A stretch of DNA of 64,000 bases from the NCBI RefSeq assembly GCF_003018255.1, contig NZ_CP027440.1, one strand, 5' to 3'. The position numbers and the translations under genes are program-made. The notes beneath the pieces are model-generated. The model was given only the letters and a program-made list of their open reading frames with translations, did not search any database and was not told the DNA's origin. Positions 1 through 10,844 of the stretch are shown in pieces; within the stretch, counting starts at the first letter, position 1, and each line of letters opens with the position of its first letter. The stretch comes from Escherichia coli (lineage in GTDB: Bacteria; Pseudomonadota; Gammaproteobacteria; Enterobacterales; Enterobacteriaceae).

Positions 1-919
<919 letters not shown>

Positions 920-1249
920 TTTCTTGCGTTATTTTCGGCACCTTTTATGTAGCGAAGGTGCCGGAATATATTCTCTTTTATTGCTTATTTGTATACCGTG
1001 CACAATATTTTTATCCCTCATATTTATAGGGTAAATTACCTGTAAAGTAGTGTCTAATTACCCGCCTCGCAAACTCGAGTTTTCAAATATCTATTTCAGG
1101 TCAAAAGATTGAATTATTCACTGGAGACGATTCGTAAATTCGCTGGATTTTTGACTAAAGTTTCTTTAGGATTTGTCTCATCGTATGATTAATTACACCA
1201 ATCGTTCAACGTCTTGCTGATAAGTGATGGCGATTATATGAGGTTAGCA

Positions 1250-1378
1250 ATGCCTTCTGGAAATCAGGAACCCCGCCGCGATCCTGAATTAAAACGTAAA
1301 GCCTGGCTGGCGGTTTTTCTTGGTTCTGCACTTTTCTGGGTGGTTGTCGCACTGCTGATTTGGAAAGTGTGGGGATAA
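1250..1378 (+). CDS. ymiA: small hydrophobic protein (42 aa), YmiA-like
   Basis: ATG at 1250, TAA at 1376; translation MPSGNQEPRRDPELKRKAWLAVFLGSALFWVVVALLIWKVWG with one predicted TM helix; below the 60-aa cutoff of the ORF track; position matches K-12 ymiA upstream of yciX. Confidence 0.55.
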   Translation: MPSGNQEPRRDPELKRKAWLAVFLGSALFWVVVALLIWKVWG

Positions 1379-1380
1379 CT

Positions 1381-1548
1381 ATGGTCAGTCAGGAGCAACT
1401 GGAGTCGTCACCATTATGTCAGCAAAGTGATGATGAACCAGAAACGAAACGGGAATGTTCCGTCGTTATTCCAGACGACTGGCAACTAACATCGCAGCAG
1501 CAAGCCTTTATAGAACTGTTTGCTGAAGATGATCAGCCGAAACAATAA
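1381..1548 (+). CDS. yciX: small acidic protein YciX (55 aa)
   Basis: ORF 1360..1548; internal ATG at 1381 gives MVSQEQLESSPLCQQSDDEPETKRE…; start choice is uncertain. Confidence 0.55.
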   Translation: MVSQEQLESSPLCQQSDDEPETKRECSVVIPDDWQLTSQQQAFIELFAEDDQPKQ

Positions 1549-1764
1549 TTATCATCATTCTTATTACCCATTTTTAATGAATTACAGGGCTTTTAATACA
1601 CCGCAGCAATAACAGGTTGAGTTATCTCAACACAAAGTAATAACCGTTAAGGGTGTAGCCTATGATCAACACAAATATGAAATATTGGTCCTGGATGGGC
1701 GCATTTTCTCTGTCGATGCTCTTCTGGGCCGAACTCCTCTGGATCATTACTCACTGATCCCTGA

Positions 1765-1788
1765 CCCCGCTGCGGCGGGGTTTTCATT
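1765..1788 (+). terminator. intrinsic-terminator-like hairpin (CCCCGC-tgcg-GCGGGG followed by TTTTCATTT) in the yciX–acnA spacer
   Basis: 6-bp GC stem, 4-nt loop and T-tract read directly from the sequence; lies about 135 bp upstream of the acnA start codon. Confidence 0.5.
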
Positions 1789-1920
1789 TGCTTTGCCACA
1801 AGGTTTCTCCTCTTTTATCAATTTGGGTTGTTATCAAATCGTTACGCGATGTTTGTGTTATCTTTAATATTCACCCTGAAGAGAATCAGGGCTTCGCAAC
1901 CCTGTCATTAAGGAGGAGCT

Positions 1921-4596
1921 ATGTCGTCAACCCTACGAGAAGCCAGTAAGGACACGTTGCAGGCCAAAGATAAAACTTACCACTACTACAGCCTGCCGCT
2001 TGCTGCCAAATCACTGGGCAATATCACCCGTCTGCCTAAGTCACTCAAAGTTTTGCTCGAAAACCTGCTGCGCTGGCAGGATGGTAACTCGGTTACCGAA
2101 GAGGATATCCACGCGCTGGCGGGATGGCTGAAAAATGCCCATGCTGACCGTGAAATTGCCTACCGCCCGGCAAGGGTGCTGATGCAGGACTTTACCGGCG
2201 TACCTGCCGTTGTTGATCTGGCGGCAATGCGCGAAGCGGTTAAACGCCTCGGTGGCGATACTGCAAAGGTTAACCCGCTCTCACCGGTCGACCTGGTCAT
2301 TGACCACTCGGTGACCGTCGATCGTTTTGGTGATGATGAGGCATTTGAAGAAAACGTACGCCTGGAAATGGAGCGCAACCACGAACGTTATGTGTTCCTG
2401 AAATGGGGAAAGCAGGCGTTCAGTCGTTTTAGCGTCGTGCCGCCAGGCACAGGCATTTGCCATCAGGTTAACCTCGAATATCTCGGCAAAGCAGTGTGGA
2501 GCGAATTGCAGGACGGTGAATGGATTGCTTATCCGGATACACTCGTTGGTACTGACTCGCACACCACCATGATCAACGGCCTTGGCGTGCTGGGGTGGGG
2601 CGTTGGTGGCATCGAAGCCGAAGCCGCAATGTTAGGCCAGCCGGTTTCCATGCTTATCCCGGACGTAGTGGGCTTTAAACTTACCGGAAAATTACGTGAA
2701 GGTATTACCGCCACAGACCTGGTTCTCACCGTTACCCAAATGCTGCGCAAACATGGCGTGGTGGGGAAATTCGTCGAATTTTATGGTGATGGTCTGGATT
2801 CACTACCGTTGGCGGATCGCGCCACCATTGCCAATATGTCGCCAGAATATGGTGCCACCTGTGGCTTCTTCCCAATCGATGCTGTCACCCTCGATTACAT
2901 GCGTTTAAGTGGGCGCAGTGAAGATCAGGTCGAGTTGGTCGAAAAATACGCCAAAGCGCAGGGCATGTGGCGTAACCCGGGCGATGAACCGATTTTTACC
3001 AGTACGTTAGAACTGGATATGAATGACGTTGAAGCGAGCCTGGCAGGACCAAAACGCCCACAGGATCGCGTTGCACTGCCCGATGTACCAAAAGCATTTG
3101 CCGCCAGTAACGAACTGGAAGTGAATGCCACGCATAAAGATCGCCAGCCGGTCGATTATGTTATGAACGGACATCAGTATCAGTTACCTGATGGCGCTGT
3201 GGTCATTGCTGCGATAACGTCGTGCACCAACACCTCTAACCCAAGTGTGCTGATGGCCGCAGGTTTGCTGGCGAAAAAAGCTGTAACTCTGGGCCTCAAG
3301 CGGCAACCGTGGGTCAAAGCGTCGCTGGCACCAGGCTCGAAAGTTGTTTCTGACTATCTGGCAAAAGCGAAATTGACACCGTATCTCGACGAACTGGGGT
3401 TTAACCTTGTGGGATACGGTTGTACCACCTGTATTGGTAACTCTGGTCCATTGCCCGATCCTATCGAAACGGCAATCAAAAAAGGCGATTTAACCGTCGG
3501 TGCGGTGCTGTCCGGCAACCGTAACTTTGAAGGCCGTATCCATCCGCTGGTTAAAACTAACTGGCTGGCCTCGCCGCCGCTGGTGGTTGCCTATGCGCTG
3601 GCGGGAAATATGAATATTAACCTCGCTTCTGAGCCTATTGGTCACGATCGTAAAGGCGACCCGGTATATCTGAAAGATATCTGGCCCTCGGCACAAGAAA
3701 TTGCCCGTGCGGTAGAACAAGTCTCCACAGAAATGTTCCGCAAAGAGTACGCAGAAGTTTTTGAAGGCACAGCAGAGTGGAAGGAAATTAACGTCACACG
3801 ATCCGATACCTACGGTTGGCAGGAAGATTCAACCTATATTCGCTTATCGCCATTCTTTGATGAAATGCAGGCAACACCAGCACCTGTGGAAGATATTCAC
3901 GGTGCGCGGATCCTCGCAATGCTGGGGGATTCAGTCACCACTGACCATATCTCTCCGGCGGGCAGTATTAAGCCCGACAGCCCGGCGGGTCGATATCTAC
4001 AAGGTCGGGGTGTTGAGCGAAAAGACTTTAACTCCTACGGTTCGCGGCGTGGTAACCATGAAGTGATGATGCGCGGCACCTTCGCCAATATTCGCATCCG
4101 TAATGAAATGGTGCCTGGCGTTGAAGGGGGGATGACGCGGCATTTACCTGACAGCGATGTTGTCTCTATCTATGATGCCGCGATGCGCTATAAGCAGGAG
4201 CAAACGCCGCTGGCGGTGATTGCCGGGAAAGAGTATGGATCAGGCTCCAGCCGTGACTGGGCGGCAAAAGGTCCGCGTCTGCTTGGTATTCGTGTGGTGA
4301 TTGCCGAATCGTTTGAACGAATTCACCGTTCGAATTTAATTGGCATGGGCATCCTGCCGCTGGAATTTCCGCAAGGCGTAACGCGTAAAACGTTAGGGCT
4401 AACCGGGGAAGAGAAGATTGATATTGGCGATCTGCAAAACCTACAACCCGGCGCGACGGTTCCGGTGACGCTTACGCGCGCGGATGGTAGCCAGGAAGTC
4501 GTACCCTGCCGTTGTCGTATCGACACCGCGACGGAGTTGACCTACTACCAGAACGACGGCATTTTGCATTATGTCATTCGTAATATGTTGAAGTAA
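1921..4596 (+). CDS. acnA: aconitate hydratase A (891 aa)
   Basis: Full-length ORF; aconitase-family Fe-S cysteine motifs (…SCTNTSNP…, …[11 protein letters not shown]…); RBS AGGAGG 6 bp upstream of the ATG. Confidence 0.95.
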   Translation: MSSTLREASKDTLQAKDKTYHYYSLPLAAKSLGNITRLPKSLKVLLENLLRWQDGNSVTEEDIHALAGWLKNAHADREIAYRPARVLMQDFTGVPAVVDLAAMREAVKRLGGDTAKVNPLSPVDLVIDHSVTVDRFGDDEAFEENVRLEMERNHERYVFLKWGKQAFSRFSVVPPGTGICHQVNLEYLGKAVWSELQDGEWIAYPDTLVGTDSHTTMINGLGVLGWGVGGIEAEAAMLGQPVSMLIPDVVGFKLTGKLREGITATDLVLTVTQMLRKHGVVGKFVEFYGDGLDSLPLADRATIANMSPEYGATCGFFPIDAVTLDYMRLSGRSEDQVELVEKYAKAQGMWRNPGDEPIFTSTLELDMNDVEASLAGPKRPQDRVALPDVPKAFAASNELEVNATHKDRQPVDYVMNGHQYQLPDGAVVIAAITSCTNTSNPSVLMAAGLLAKKAVTLGLKRQPWVKASLAPGSKVVSDYLAKAKLTPYLDELGFNLVGYGCTTCIGNSGPLPDPIETAIKKGDLTVGAVLSGNRNFEGRIHPLVKTNWLASPPLVVAYALAGNMNINLASEPIGHDRKGDPVYLKDIWPSAQEIARAVEQVSTEMFRKEYAEVFEGTAEWKEINVTRSDTYGWQEDSTYIRLSPFFDEMQATPAPVEDIHGARILAMLGDSVTTDHISPAGSIKPDSPAGRYLQGRGVERKDFNSYGSRRGNHEVMMRGTFANIRIRNEMVPGVEGGMTRHLPDSDVVSIYDAAMRYKQEQTPLAVIAGKEYGSGSSRDWAAKGPRLLGIRVVIAESFERIHRSNLIGMGILPLEFPQGVTRKTLGLTGEEKIDIGDLQNLQPGATVPVTLTRADGSQEVVPCRCRIDTATELTYYQNDGILHYVIRNMLK

Positions 4597-4601
4597 CAAG
4601 T

Positions 4602-4638
4602 ATTTGCTTGCCGGTTATTTTGCTTCCGGCAAGCAAAT
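4602..4638. terminator. hairpin between convergent acnA and ribA (ATTTGCTTGCCGG … CCGGCAAGCAAAT)
   Basis: 13-bp inverted repeat with an 11-nt loop located between two convergent stop codons. Confidence 0.45.
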
Positions 4639-4659
4639 GAATTACACAATGCAAGAGGG

Positions 4660-5250
4660 TTATTTGTTCAGCAAATGGCCCATTTTCTCGGCTTTGGTAT
4701 CGAGATAATGTTCGTTATTGGGGTTACGACCTACAATCAATGGTACGCGTTCAACAATATTAATCCCTGCTTCGGTCAGAATTTCGACTTTTTTCGGGTT
4801 ATTGGTTAACAAGCGGACTTCATTGACGCCAAGGAGTTTGAACATATCAGCGCAAAGAGTGAAGTCGCGCTCATCAGCGGCGAAGCCTAACTGGTGGTTA
4901 GCCTCTACAGTATCGTAACCTTGATCCTGCAGTGCATAAGCGCGGATTTTATTCAGCAGACCAATGTTACGACCTTCCTGACGGTGATACAGCAAAATAC
5001 CACGGCCTTCTTCGGCAATTTGCGTCAGTGCCGCTTCGAGCTGGAAGCCACAATCGCAGCGCAAGCTGAACAGGGCGTCACCGGTCAGACATTCGGAATG
5101 GACGCGCGCAAGTACCGGGGTATGCCCGGAGATATCGCCATAGACTAGCGCGACATGATCGTGTCCGGTTGCCAGTTCTTCAAATCCCACCATCAGGAAA
5201 TCGCCCCATGGGGTTGGCAGTTTGGCTTCTGCCACACGTTTAAGCTGCAT
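4660..5250 (-). CDS. ribA: GTP cyclohydrolase II (196 aa)
   Basis: ORF 4660..5313; start placed at the internal Met giving [18 protein letters not shown]…, the remembered RibA N-terminus; Cys-x2-…-Cys-x-Cys zinc motif (…[18 protein letters not shown]…). Confidence 0.93.
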
Positions 5251-5419
5251 GAAATTCTCCAGATAATGCTGGTTCTGTATTGGCTTATTTTGCCATAACG
5301 AGAAGGGGTTCACCTAATCACGACGCGTCGATCGTTCACGGAATGGCACAAATCTGTCAATTTTTCCTGGAACTGGCATTTTCAGTTATGATTGTGGGAC
5401 TTATCAAAAAGGAGAGGCC

Positions 5420-6184
5420 ATGCGTTCGATTGCCAGACGTACCGCAGTGGGAGCTGCACTATTGCTTGTTATGCCAGTAGCCGTATGGATTTCTGGCTGG
5501 CGTTGGCAACCTGGAGAACAAAGTTGGCTACTAAAAGCGGCTTTTTGGGTTACTGAAACTGTCACCCAGCCCTGGGGCGTCATTACACATTTGATTTTAT
5601 TCGGTTGGTTTCTCTGGTGTCTGCGTTTTCGCATTAAGGCTGCCATTATGTTATTTGCCATTCTGGCGGCGGCAATTCTTGTGGGACAAGGCGTTAAATC
5701 ATGGATCAAAGACAAAGTCCAGGAACCACGACCTTTTGTTATCTGGCTGGAAAAAACACATCATATTCCGGTTGATGAGTTCTACACTTTAAAGCGAGCA
5801 GAACGCGGAAATCTGGTGAAAGAACAGTTGGCTGAAGAGAAAAATATCCCACAATATTTGCGTTCACACTGGCAGAAAGAGACGGGGTTTGCCTTTCCTT
5901 CCGGTCACACGATGTTTGCTGCCAGTTGGGCGCTGCTGGCCGTTGGTTTGCTGTGGCCGCGTCGGCGAACGTTAACCATTGCTATCTTGTTGGTCTGGGC
6001 AACGGGAGTCATGGGAAGCCGCCTGCTGCTCGGGATGCATTGGCCACGCGATCTGGTGGTAGCTACGTTGATTTCGTGGGCGCTGGTGGCGGTGGCAACG
6101 TGGCTTGCGCAACGAATTTGTGGGCCATTAACACCACCTGCGGAAGAAAATCGCGAAATTGCACAACGAGAACAAGAAAGTTAA
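5420..6184 (+). CDS. pgpB: phosphatidylglycerophosphatase B (PAP2 family, 254 aa)
   Basis: Multi-TM protein with PAP2 motifs (…PSGHT…, …SRLLLGMHWPRD…). Confidence 0.93.
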   Translation: MRSIARRTAVGAALLLVMPVAVWISGWRWQPGEQSWLLKAAFWVTETVTQPWGVITHLILFGWFLWCLRFRIKAAIMLFAILAAAILVGQGVKSWIKDKVQEPRPFVIWLEKTHHIPVDEFYTLKRAERGNLVKEQLAEEKNIPQYLRSHWQKETGFAFPSGHTMFAASWALLAVGLLWPRRRTLTIAILLVWATGVMGSRLLLGMHWPRDLVVATLISWALVAVATWLAQRICGPLTPPAEENREIAQREQES

Positions 6185-6332
6185 CGCTGGTTGATTTTCC
6201 GAATTTAGCCCTTAAATCATCATCAATGCGCGTGGATGCCATTTCGCAGGCGGCGCGAAAATGGTACTTTAAAGGGCTATTGCGGTAAGTTGACCATAAT
6301 TTATTCGCTCTAACCACATAACGGGAAGTAAT

Positions 6333-6641
6333 GTGAAATATTTACTCATTTTCTTACTGGTGTTAGCGATCTTCGTGATTTCGGTCACGTTAGGTGCGCA
6401 GAACGATCAACAGGTGACGTTTAATTATCTGTTAGCGCAAGGGGAGTACCGTATTTCCACATTGCTGGCGGTATTGTTTGCTGCGGGGTTTGCTATCGGT
6501 TGGCTGATTTGCGGTCTGTTCTGGCTGCGAGTTCGTGTTTCCCTGGCGCGCGCTGAACGTAAAATAAAGCGACTGGAAAACCAGCTTTCACCCGCGACTG
6601 ACGTGGCTGTAGCGCCGCATTCGTCAGCGGCGAAGGAATAA
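6333..6641 (+). CDS. lapA: LPS assembly protein LapA (YciS), small inner-membrane protein
   Basis: 102-aa ORF with two hydrophobic helices immediately upstream of lapB (7-bp gap). Confidence 0.9.
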   Translation: MKYLLIFLLVLAIFVISVTLGAQNDQQVTFNYLLAQGEYRISTLLAVLFAAGFAIGWLICGLFWLRVRVSLARAERKIKRLENQLSPATDVAVAPHSSAAKE

Positions 6642-6647
6642 CTTTCT

Positions 6648-7817
6648 ATGCTGGAGTTGTTGTTTCTGCTTTTGCCTGTAGCCGCTGCCTATGGCTGGTA
6701 TATGGGCCGCAGAAGTGCGCAACAAAACAAGCAAGATGAAGCCAACCGCTTGTCGCGTGATTACGTAGCGGGGGTTAACTTCCTGCTTAGTAATCAACAG
6801 GATAAAGCGGTAGACCTGTTTCTCGATATGCTTAAAGAGGATACGGGTACCGTTGAAGCCCACCTTACGCTCGGAAACCTGTTCCGTTCGCGTGGCGAAG
6901 TTGATCGCGCTATTCGCATCCATCAGACCCTAATGGAAAGCGCTTCGCTGACCTATGAACAGCGTCTGTTGGCGATTCAACAACTGGGGCGTGATTACAT
7001 GGCCGCCGGGTTATACGACCGCGCGGAAGACATGTTCAATCAGCTGACCGATGAAACTGACTTCCGCATTGGCGCGCTGCAACAGTTGCTACAAATCTAC
7101 CAGGCTACCAGCGAGTGGCAGAAAGCAATTGATGTTGCCGAACGTCTGGTGAAGTTGGGTAAAGATAAGCAGCGCGTCGAAATTGCCCATTTCTACTGTG
7201 AGTTAGCCCTGCAGCATATGGCCAGCGACGATCTCGATCGCGCCATGGCCTTGTTAAAAAAAGGTGCGGCGGCAGATAAAAACAGCGCCCGCGTATCCAT
7301 CATGATGGGACGCGTATTTATGGCGAAAGGAGAATACGCCAAAGCCGTCGAAAGTCTGCAACGCGTGATATCTCAGGACAGAGAACTGGTCAGCGAAACG
7401 CTGGAAATGTTGCAAACCTGCTATCAGCAGTTGGGTAAAACTGCCGAATGGGCAGAATTCCTGCAGCGCGCGGTGGAAGAGAACACCGGTGCCGATGCTG
7501 AATTGATGCTTGCGGATATTATCGAAGCGCGCGACGGTAGTGAGGCCGCACAGGTCTATATTACGCGTCAGCTTCAGCGTCATCCGACCATGCGTGTGTT
7601 CCATAAGCTAATGGATTACCACTTAAATGAAGCGGAAGAAGGGCGTGCCAAAGAGAGTCTGATGGTGCTGCGTGACATGGTTGGCGAGAAGGTGCGTAGT
7701 AAGCCTCGTTATCGCTGCCAGAAATGTGGTTTTACCGCATACACCCTCTACTGGCATTGTCCGTCTTGTCGGGCCTGGTCAACCATTAAACCGATTCGCG
7801 GTCTTGATGGCCTGTAA
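6648..7817 (+). CDS. lapB: LPS assembly protein LapB (YciM), TPR repeats plus C-terminal rubredoxin-like zinc finger
   Basis: 389 aa; N-terminal TM helix, TPR-like repeats, C-terminal CxxC…CxxC (…YRCQKCGFTAYTLYWHCPSCRAW…). Confidence 0.93.
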   Translation: MLELLFLLLPVAAAYGWYMGRRSAQQNKQDEANRLSRDYVAGVNFLLSNQQDKAVDLFLDMLKEDTGTVEAHLTLGNLFRSRGEVDRAIRIHQTLMESASLTYEQRLLAIQQLGRDYMAAGLYDRAEDMFNQLTDETDFRIGALQQLLQIYQATSEWQKAIDVAERLVKLGKDKQRVEIAHFYCELALQHMASDDLDRAMALLKKGAAADKNSARVSIMMGRVFMAKGEYAKAVESLQRVISQDRELVSETLEMLQTCYQQLGKTAEWAEFLQRAVEENTGADAELMLADIIEARDGSEAAQVYITRQLQRHPTMRVFHKLMDYHLNEAEEGRAKESLMVLRDMVGEKVRSKPRYRCQKCGFTAYTLYWHCPSCRAWSTIKPIRGLDGL

Positions 7818-8008
7818 TTTTTAAAAAAATCCGACTTTAGTTACAACATACTAATTGTTGATGTTCCATTGTGCTCCGGTAACTCAGGCGCAGAAAAGCC
7901 TGCCAGGGGAGAAATCGCAACTGTTAATTTTTTATTTCCACGGGTAGAATGCTCGCCGTTTACCTGTTTCGCGCCACTTCCGGTGCCCATCATCAAGAAG
8001 GTCTGGTC

Positions 8009-8746
8009 ATGACGTTAACTGCTTCATCTTCTTCCCGCGCTGTTACGAATTCTCCTGTGGTTGTTGCCCTTGATTATCATAATCGTGATGCCGCGCTGGC
8101 CTTTGTCGACAAGATCGACCCACGCGATTGTCGTCTGAAAGTCGGCAAAGAGATGTTTACGCTGTTTGGACCTCAATTTGTACGCGAACTTCAACAGCGT
8201 GGTTTTGATATCTTCCTCGACCTGAAATTCCACGATATTCCCAACACTGCAGCGCACGCTGTCGCTGCTGCAGCTGGCTTAGGCGTGTGGATGGTGAATG
8301 TTCACGCCTCCGGTGGGGCGCGTATGATGACCGCAGCGCGTGAGGCACTGGTTCCGTTTGGCAAAGATGCACCGCTTTTGATTGCTGTGACAGTATTGAC
8401 CAGCATGGAAGCCAGCGACCTGGCCGATCTTGGCGTGACACTGTCACCTGCAGATTATGCAGAACGTCTGGCGGCACTGACGCAAAAATGTGGCCTTGAT
8501 GGTGTGGTGTGTTCTGCTCAGGAAGCTGCGCGCTTTAAACAGGTATTTGGTCAGGAGTTCAAACTGGTTACGCCGGGCATTCGTCCGCAGGGGAGTGAAG
8601 CTGGTGACCAGCGCCGCATTATGACGCCAGAACAGGCGTTGGCGGCTGGTGTTGATTATATGGTGATTGGTCGCCCGGTAACGCAATCGGTAGATCCAGC
8701 GCAGACGCTGAAAGCGATCAACGCCTCTTTACAGCGGAGTGCATGA
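8009..8746 (+). CDS. pyrF: orotidine-5'-phosphate decarboxylase (245 aa)
   Basis: ORF 7949..8746; start at the internal ATG 8009 ([23 protein letters not shown]…); OMP-decarboxylase motifs (…[10 protein letters not shown]…). Confidence 0.93.
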   Translation: MTLTASSSSRAVTNSPVVVALDYHNRDAALAFVDKIDPRDCRLKVGKEMFTLFGPQFVRELQQRGFDIFLDLKFHDIPNTAAHAVAAAAGLGVWMVNVHASGGARMMTAAREALVPFGKDAPLLIAVTVLTSMEASDLADLGVTLSPADYAERLAALTQKCGLDGVVCSAQEAARFKQVFGQEFKLVTPGIRPQGSEAGDQRRIMTPEQALAAGVDYMVIGRPVTQSVDPAQTLKAINASLQRSA

Positions 8747-9072
8747 TGAGTGATTCCAACAGCCGTCTGGTCTACTCAACGGAAACCGGACGTATTGATG
8801 AGCCAAAAGCGGCCCCTGTACGCCCTAAAGGCGACGGTGTGGTGCGTATTCAGCGTCAGACCAGTGGACGTAAAGGTAAGGGCGTTTGCCTGATTACCGG
8901 TGTCGATCTCGATGATGCCGAACTGACAAAACTGGCAGCGGAACTGAAGAAAAAATGCGGCTGCGGCGGGGCAGTTAAAGATGGAATTATTGAAATCCAG
9001 GGTGATAAGCGCGATTTATTAAAATCACTGCTTGAAGAGAAAGGGATGAAGGTAAAACTCGCTGGCGGTTAA
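8746..9072 (+). CDS. yciH: SUI1/eIF1-family translation factor-like protein YciH
   Basis: ORF 8743..9072 overlaps the pyrF stop (ATGATGA); the 108-aa form starts at the second ATG ([12 protein letters not shown]…). Confidence 0.88.
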   Translation: MSDSNSRLVYSTETGRIDEPKAAPVRPKGDGVVRIQRQTSGRKGKGVCLITGVDLDDAELTKLAAELKKKCGCGGAVKDGIIEIQGDKRDLLKSLLEEKGMKVKLAGG

Positions 9073-9080
9073 CATAAAAA

Positions 9081-9105
9081 GCCACGGATATATCCGTGGC
9101 TTTCG
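9081..9105. terminator. bidirectional intrinsic terminator between yciH (+) and osmB (-)
   Basis: Perfect 10-bp inverted repeat GCCACGGATA/TATCCGTGGC (9081..9100) flanked by A-run and T-run. Confidence 0.8.
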
Positions 9106-9197
9106 AATATTTTACTGTGTGTATTATTCAGTTATTTCGTACTGAACAGAATCAAGCGTATTATAATTGCGAGTCGATAATCGACATTTATTTACGA

Positions 9198-9416
9198 TTA
9201 TTTACCGACCTGGTGACCAATAACACCACCGACAGCTGCGCCACCTAATGTACCCAACGTACTGCCATCGGTTAGTACTGCACCGCCTAATGCACCTGCA
9301 CCCGCGCCAATTGCGGTGTTACGGTCTCGTTTAGACCAGTTAGAACAGGCACTCAGAGACATTGCCAGGGTAATTGCCAGAACAGCCGCGGTCATTTTTT
9401 TGCTCGTTACAAACAT
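9198..9416 (-). CDS. osmB: osmotically inducible lipoprotein OsmB
   Basis: 72 aa; signal peptide with lipobox (…LSAC…) and Gly-rich repeats. Confidence 0.93.
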   Translation of the reverse strand: MFVTSKKMTAAVLAITLAMSLSACSNWSKRDRNTAIGAGAGALGGAVLTDGSTLGTLGGAAVGGVIGHQVGK

Positions 9417-9684
9417 AATACTCTCTCCTGAATTTATGATTCACGGAAGTAAGCTCTCTATAACTATAATAGCTAAGAATAAGCCTGGTGAAATTATTCC
9501 GTGAAATCCGCTCGCGCGCAGGGTTATATCACGCAGGTGATAATGACTTCCTGTTATATCGCTGATAATAATTTTATATCTTGAGAGTGTTAATAACAGG
9601 TAAATAGTCTTAATTATCAACCAGGAATCATCTTAGAGCGGATGATTTGCCAAACTGCAAATCATCCGTAGAGAAGGGAAATGG

Positions 9685-10434
9685 TTAAATGTCAACGACG
9701 TGAACGGTGAGTTTACTGTGCTCAAGATGCATCAGATCGCTGGCGCGTATTTTCGAATCGGTAATCACGCGATTGAATCGCTCAACGGGACCGATGGAGT
9801 ATGAATGTACAGCACCAAATTTCGAGCTGTCAGTCAGGACTATTGCTTCGCACTCTTTTTCCAGCACGGCATTGACCACATCGGTACGCATCATATCGCG
9901 ACCGGTGAATCCAGTTTCAGGTTGCCAGCCATCAATACCAATAAATGCTTTGCTGAAATGTACCTGTTGGATGCACTGGCGTGTCAACGGGCCAACCATA
10001 CTTTCGCTTTTTTTCTGGTACACGCCACCGAGCAAAATAACTTCACAAGGCGCGTCTTTCAGCAAATGCGCGATGTAGCTGCTGACCGTGATGATAGTGA
10101 CATTTTTCTTCTGCTCGCCCAGAGTCCGGGCGAGCAGGGCATTGCTGCTGCCATTTTCGATAAAGATGGTTTCGCCCGGTTGAACCAGTGACGCGGCAAA
10201 CTCGGCGAGTTCACGCTTCAGCGTATAGTTGCTCATCATACGAGTTTCGACGTCATCACTATCAAGCGATACTGCAAAGCCATGTGCACGGCGGAGGTAA
10301 CTCAGTTTTTCGAGGGTGTTGAGATCCTGGCGAATGGTAACTTCAGAAACTCCAGTGGCTTTTGCCAGATCGGTTACGCTAACCTGACCCTGGTCAATGA
10401 CCATCTGTAGAATAGTTTGTTGTCGGGAATTCAT
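9685..10434 (-). CDS. yciT: DeoR-family transcriptional regulator YciT
   Basis: 249 aa; N-terminal DeoR HTH (…[31 protein letters not shown]…) and C-terminal sugar-phosphate-binding domain. Confidence 0.9.
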   Translation of the reverse strand: MNSRQQTILQMVIDQGQVSVTDLAKATGVSEVTIRQDLNTLEKLSYLRRAHGFAVSLDSDDVETRMMSNYTLKRELAEFAASLVQPGETIFIENGSSNALLARTLGEQKKNVTIITVSSYIAHLLKDAPCEVILLGGVYQKKSESMVGPLTRQCIQQVHFSKAFIGIDGWQPETGFTGRDMMRTDVVNAVLEKECEAIVLTDSSKFGAVHSYSIGPVERFNRVITDSKIRASDLMHLEHSKLTVHVVDI

Positions 10435-10523
10435 CGCTGTAATTCTTATAACGTTATAATACTAAATAAAAAAATACTGACGCGCCGGGCATCCTCAAAT
10501 AGGAAAACCTGAAGGCACGATTG

Positions 10524-10697
10524 TTAAATCTCCCACGGTGCCTTCGGGATGTCTGGCGTAGATTCAGCAACCTGGCGCAAGAGTTCTGCTTTAAGTATCT
10601 CGAGATTATGTATCGCAGAGTGGTAATCGCCTGCCACAAGGATATCTAACACAATATCAATACGTTCGGCAACGCGCTGGGCATCAAATTCAGACAT
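10524..10697 (-). CDS. yciZ: small protein YciZ (UPF0509 family)
   Basis: ORF 10524..10706; start is ambiguous, either MSLMSEF… at 10706 or MSEFDAQRV… at 10697. Confidence 0.7.
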
Positions 10698-10844
10698 CAA
10701 GGACATCCTTATAGCAAAAGGGGGAAAATGAATAATGCAAAAATTGCCGCTAAAAGAGAAGTGTTTAACAGCAACGGCTAATTATCATCCGGGAATACGA
10801 TATATAATTACGGAATATATCGCTAAGTATATATATTCATCTAC

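Noticed and set aside
1685-1867. 60-aa ORF in the yciX–acnA spacer
   Set aside because: Contains the terminator-like hairpin within it and has no RBS; more likely non-coding leader sequence.
9316-9504. 62-aa + strand ORF overlapping osmB
   Set aside because: Antisense to the osmB coding region and promoter; no support.
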